From Bacteriovoracaceae bacterium (lineage in GTDB: Bacteria > Bdellovibrionota > Bacteriovoracia > Bacteriovoracales > Bacteriovoracaceae): a DNA stretch of 60,372 nucleotides. Below are positions 58,603-60,372 of the stretch, in pieces; position 1 is the first letter of the stretch; each line of letters opens with the position of its first letter. The stretch spans positions 1-60,372 of the forward strand of contig JBMYPC010000002.1 of the NCBI GenBank assembly GCA_049599895.1. The letters run 5' to 3'. The notes under the pieces are model-generated. The model saw only the letters and a program-made list of their open reading frames with translations, was not told the origin of the DNA and made no database searches. The position numbers were made by a program, and so were the translations under genes.

Positions 58603-59403
58603 TTAGCTAGACTTTTTCTTTTTCGATTTTTTCTTCGTCTTCTTTGCAACAGATTTTTTGGATTTGAGTTTTTTCATCACGATAAAGCCAATTGCTCCAC
58701 CGACAACAAGAACAATGAGCATCATATTGTCGCCAAAGGCGCCAACGTTGCCACGTTTTTTCTTTCGCTGGCCAACACCACCAAGAAGACCTTCGGTTGG
58801 GATGTAGTTATCATCAAGATCCCCAACAATATCTTTATCTTTCTTGCCAAGGCGAAATTTGCTCACATCCTTATTCTCAACAGCAAAAACTCTCAGAGTC
58901 TGAACAATTTTATCAAAAAGCGTTTTATAAGAATCGTAATGTTCCTTAGCAACAGAGAAAGTGACGGCAACACCAAGTTCACCCTTTACTGTGGCAAGGT
59001 ATCTTGTGTAGAAACCAGGAACTTCACTGGCAAGATGAAGTGAATCAACCCAGCGGTGCTTACTGATTTCTTTATACTTTGTGTACTTTGGATCAGAGAC
59101 CTGTGTAATACCACCTGGAAGTGAAAAAGTTTTTTTAGAGCTTAAATAAGATTTGTATTGATTGAGATCATCTTGGGAGCCTCGTTTTTTTGCTGCAAGA
59201 ATAATAATCGCCTCACGTTTACGATTCTTATTAACAGACTGGCAAACCCATTCAGTTTCTTCGAGTGCACATTCCCACTGGGGAGGAAGTTCAAACTCAC
59301 AAAACTGGCTGGCAAAACGTTTGGCCTCCACCTGGGTTGAAAGTGAAACACTTAAGAATAAGATGAAAGAAATGATTCTAAATTTAGAAACATTTATGAA
59401 CAT
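58603..59403 (-). CDS. Hypothetical exported protein with C-terminal TM anchor and Lys-rich tail
   Basis: Signal ending VEA; FELPPQWEC..EWVC; C-terminal hydrophobic helix then poly-Lys; GGAG RBS before ATG 59403. Confidence 0.72.
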   Translation of the reverse strand: MFINVSKFRIISFILFLSVSLSTQVEAKRFASQFCEFELPPQWECALEETEWVCQSVNKNRKREAIIILAAKKRGSQDDLNQYKSYLSSKKTFSLPGGITQVSDPKYTKYKEISKHRWVDSLHLASEVPGFYTRYLATVKGELGVAVTFSVAKEHYDSYKTLFDKIVQTLRVFAVENKDVSKFRLGKKDKDIVGDLDDNYIPTEGLLGGVGQRKKKRGNVGAFGDNMMLIVLVVGGAIGFIVMKKLKSKKSVAKKTKKKSKKKKSS

Positions 59404-59490
59404 ACTGAGCTCCAAATATAATGTTACTCTAATATTATGCCATACTTAGCAGAGTTAAAAATATAAAAAACTTTTAACCCCTTAATTTTC

Positions 59491-60372
59491 TTAGTAACCC
59501 CGTCCTGTAAAACCGACTTGGATAGGCAACTTTCTGTAGCGCCTGATAAGCCTTATAATACTCCAGTCTGCACCGAGCTCAATGACCTCACCGCTGGCCA
59601 CAAGAATATTCCCACCAAAGTAGTCAGCTTTAAAAACATCAAACTTCATTCCCTTCTCAATGTCATGAGCAAGTCCTTTATCAAACTTCACAAACTTTCC
59701 CCGTGGGGAAATTTTAATAACTGATGCTTCCACTAAGTACTCTTTAAACTTCTCTATCTTAAGCTGATCACGGCTTTTCCCTCGAACCCTCATCTTAAGT
59801 TCGATTCCAAATTCATAACCTTCATCAGTCCAAAACCCATCGGTGACCTGTCGACCTTTAACTGCAACTCGATACCCTTTAAAGCCTTTTCCAATTTGCA
59901 AATAAGGAGAAAGATAGGAACGGTTGATTGAATTAAAAAGATTTGTAGGGCCTGTATCCTGAGCAGGTTTATTATCAACATTGTCACCATACTCATCAAG
60001 ATTTAAGGAATAGATTCCCTCTAATCCAAAAGCAAAGAACCATTTCTCATATGGGTAGTTAGATTCAATCTTATAAAAGACTTCTGGACTTAAATTATTG
60101 GCCGTTTGACGATAACCTACTTTCCCGTAGAGAAAATGATTAGTTGTGTTTTCATAGGTTAAATGACCCATGACTTCAATTTCTTGCCCAGAATCACCTA
60201 AAACAATTTCCGTATTTGGTGCCTCTCCTGGATCATATTCAGAATTTGAATATGTAGTCTGCCGGTAAAGAACTTCAGCAGCAAATAACCATCTTTTATT
60301 CGTTGGTTTAAACTTATACTTAAAACCACCCACATAAGATTCAACCCCGGAGTTTGTATTATCTCTGGTATC
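59491..60372 (-). CDS. C-terminal part of a putative outer-membrane beta-barrel protein with small C-terminal beta domain (5' end outside window)
   Basis: Frame open to the right edge; amphipathic beta strands then D.G...DIEKGMKFDVF (FlgT-C-like) domain. Confidence 0.6.
   Translation of the reverse strand, partial: DTRDNTNSGVESYVGGFKYKFKPTNKRWLFAAEVLYRQTTYSNSEYDPGEAPNTEIVLGDSGQEIEVMGHLTYENTTNHFLYGKVGYRQTANNLSPEVFYKIESNYPYEKWFFAFGLEGIYSLNLDEYGDNVDNKPAQDTGPTNLFNSINRSYLSPYLQIGKGFKGYRVAVKGRQVTDGFWTDEGYEFGIELKMRVRGKSRDQLKIEKFKEYLVEASVIKISPRGKFVKFDKGLAHDIEKGMKFDVFKADYFGGNILVASGEVIELGADWSIIRLIRRYRKLPIQVGFTGRGY

Noticed and set aside
1..60372. CRISPR arrays, tRNA/rRNA, prophage, defence islands
   Set aside because: No regular repeats, cloverleaf motifs, integrase or phage/defence domains seen; intergenic gaps are all short

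Overview
A 60 kb, AT-rich, gene-dense chromosomal segment with no rRNA, tRNA, CRISPR array, prophage or transposase recognisable by eye. Gene content and protein style (many secreted hypotheticals with R-x-[PV]-A-S motifs, degenerate HD-GYP proteins, a CheW-less CheA, a FliG_C-like protein) suggest a predatory Bdellovibrionota (Bacteriovoracaceae/Halobacteriovorax-like) bacterium; this assignment is inference. Housekeeping content: acs, acyl-CoA dehydrogenase, MnmC-type methyltransferase, tldD/tldE, plsC, thyA-folA, namZ, livKHMGF, FKBP, class I lysS, pepP, MscS, lexA-dinB. Best leads: (1) a five-gene operon mmsA-URC1-URC4-upp-udk that looks like a bacterial URC uracil-catabolism route ending in acetyl-CoA; (2) a perfect GACTTACGC direct repeat (TTAC-N7-TTAC) inside the lexA-dinB promoter, a candidate direct-repeat SOS box; (3) at least five hypothetical genes with a sigma28-type CCGA(T/A)(A/T)A box 7-8 nt before the start codon (leaderless FliA regulon); (4) a secreted Phytophthora-type transglutaminase with a Pep-13-like segment; (5) several predation-effector candidates, an unannotated 53-aa lipoprotein and a frameshifted CNG-channel remnant. 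All calls come from motif recognition; no database searches were run.
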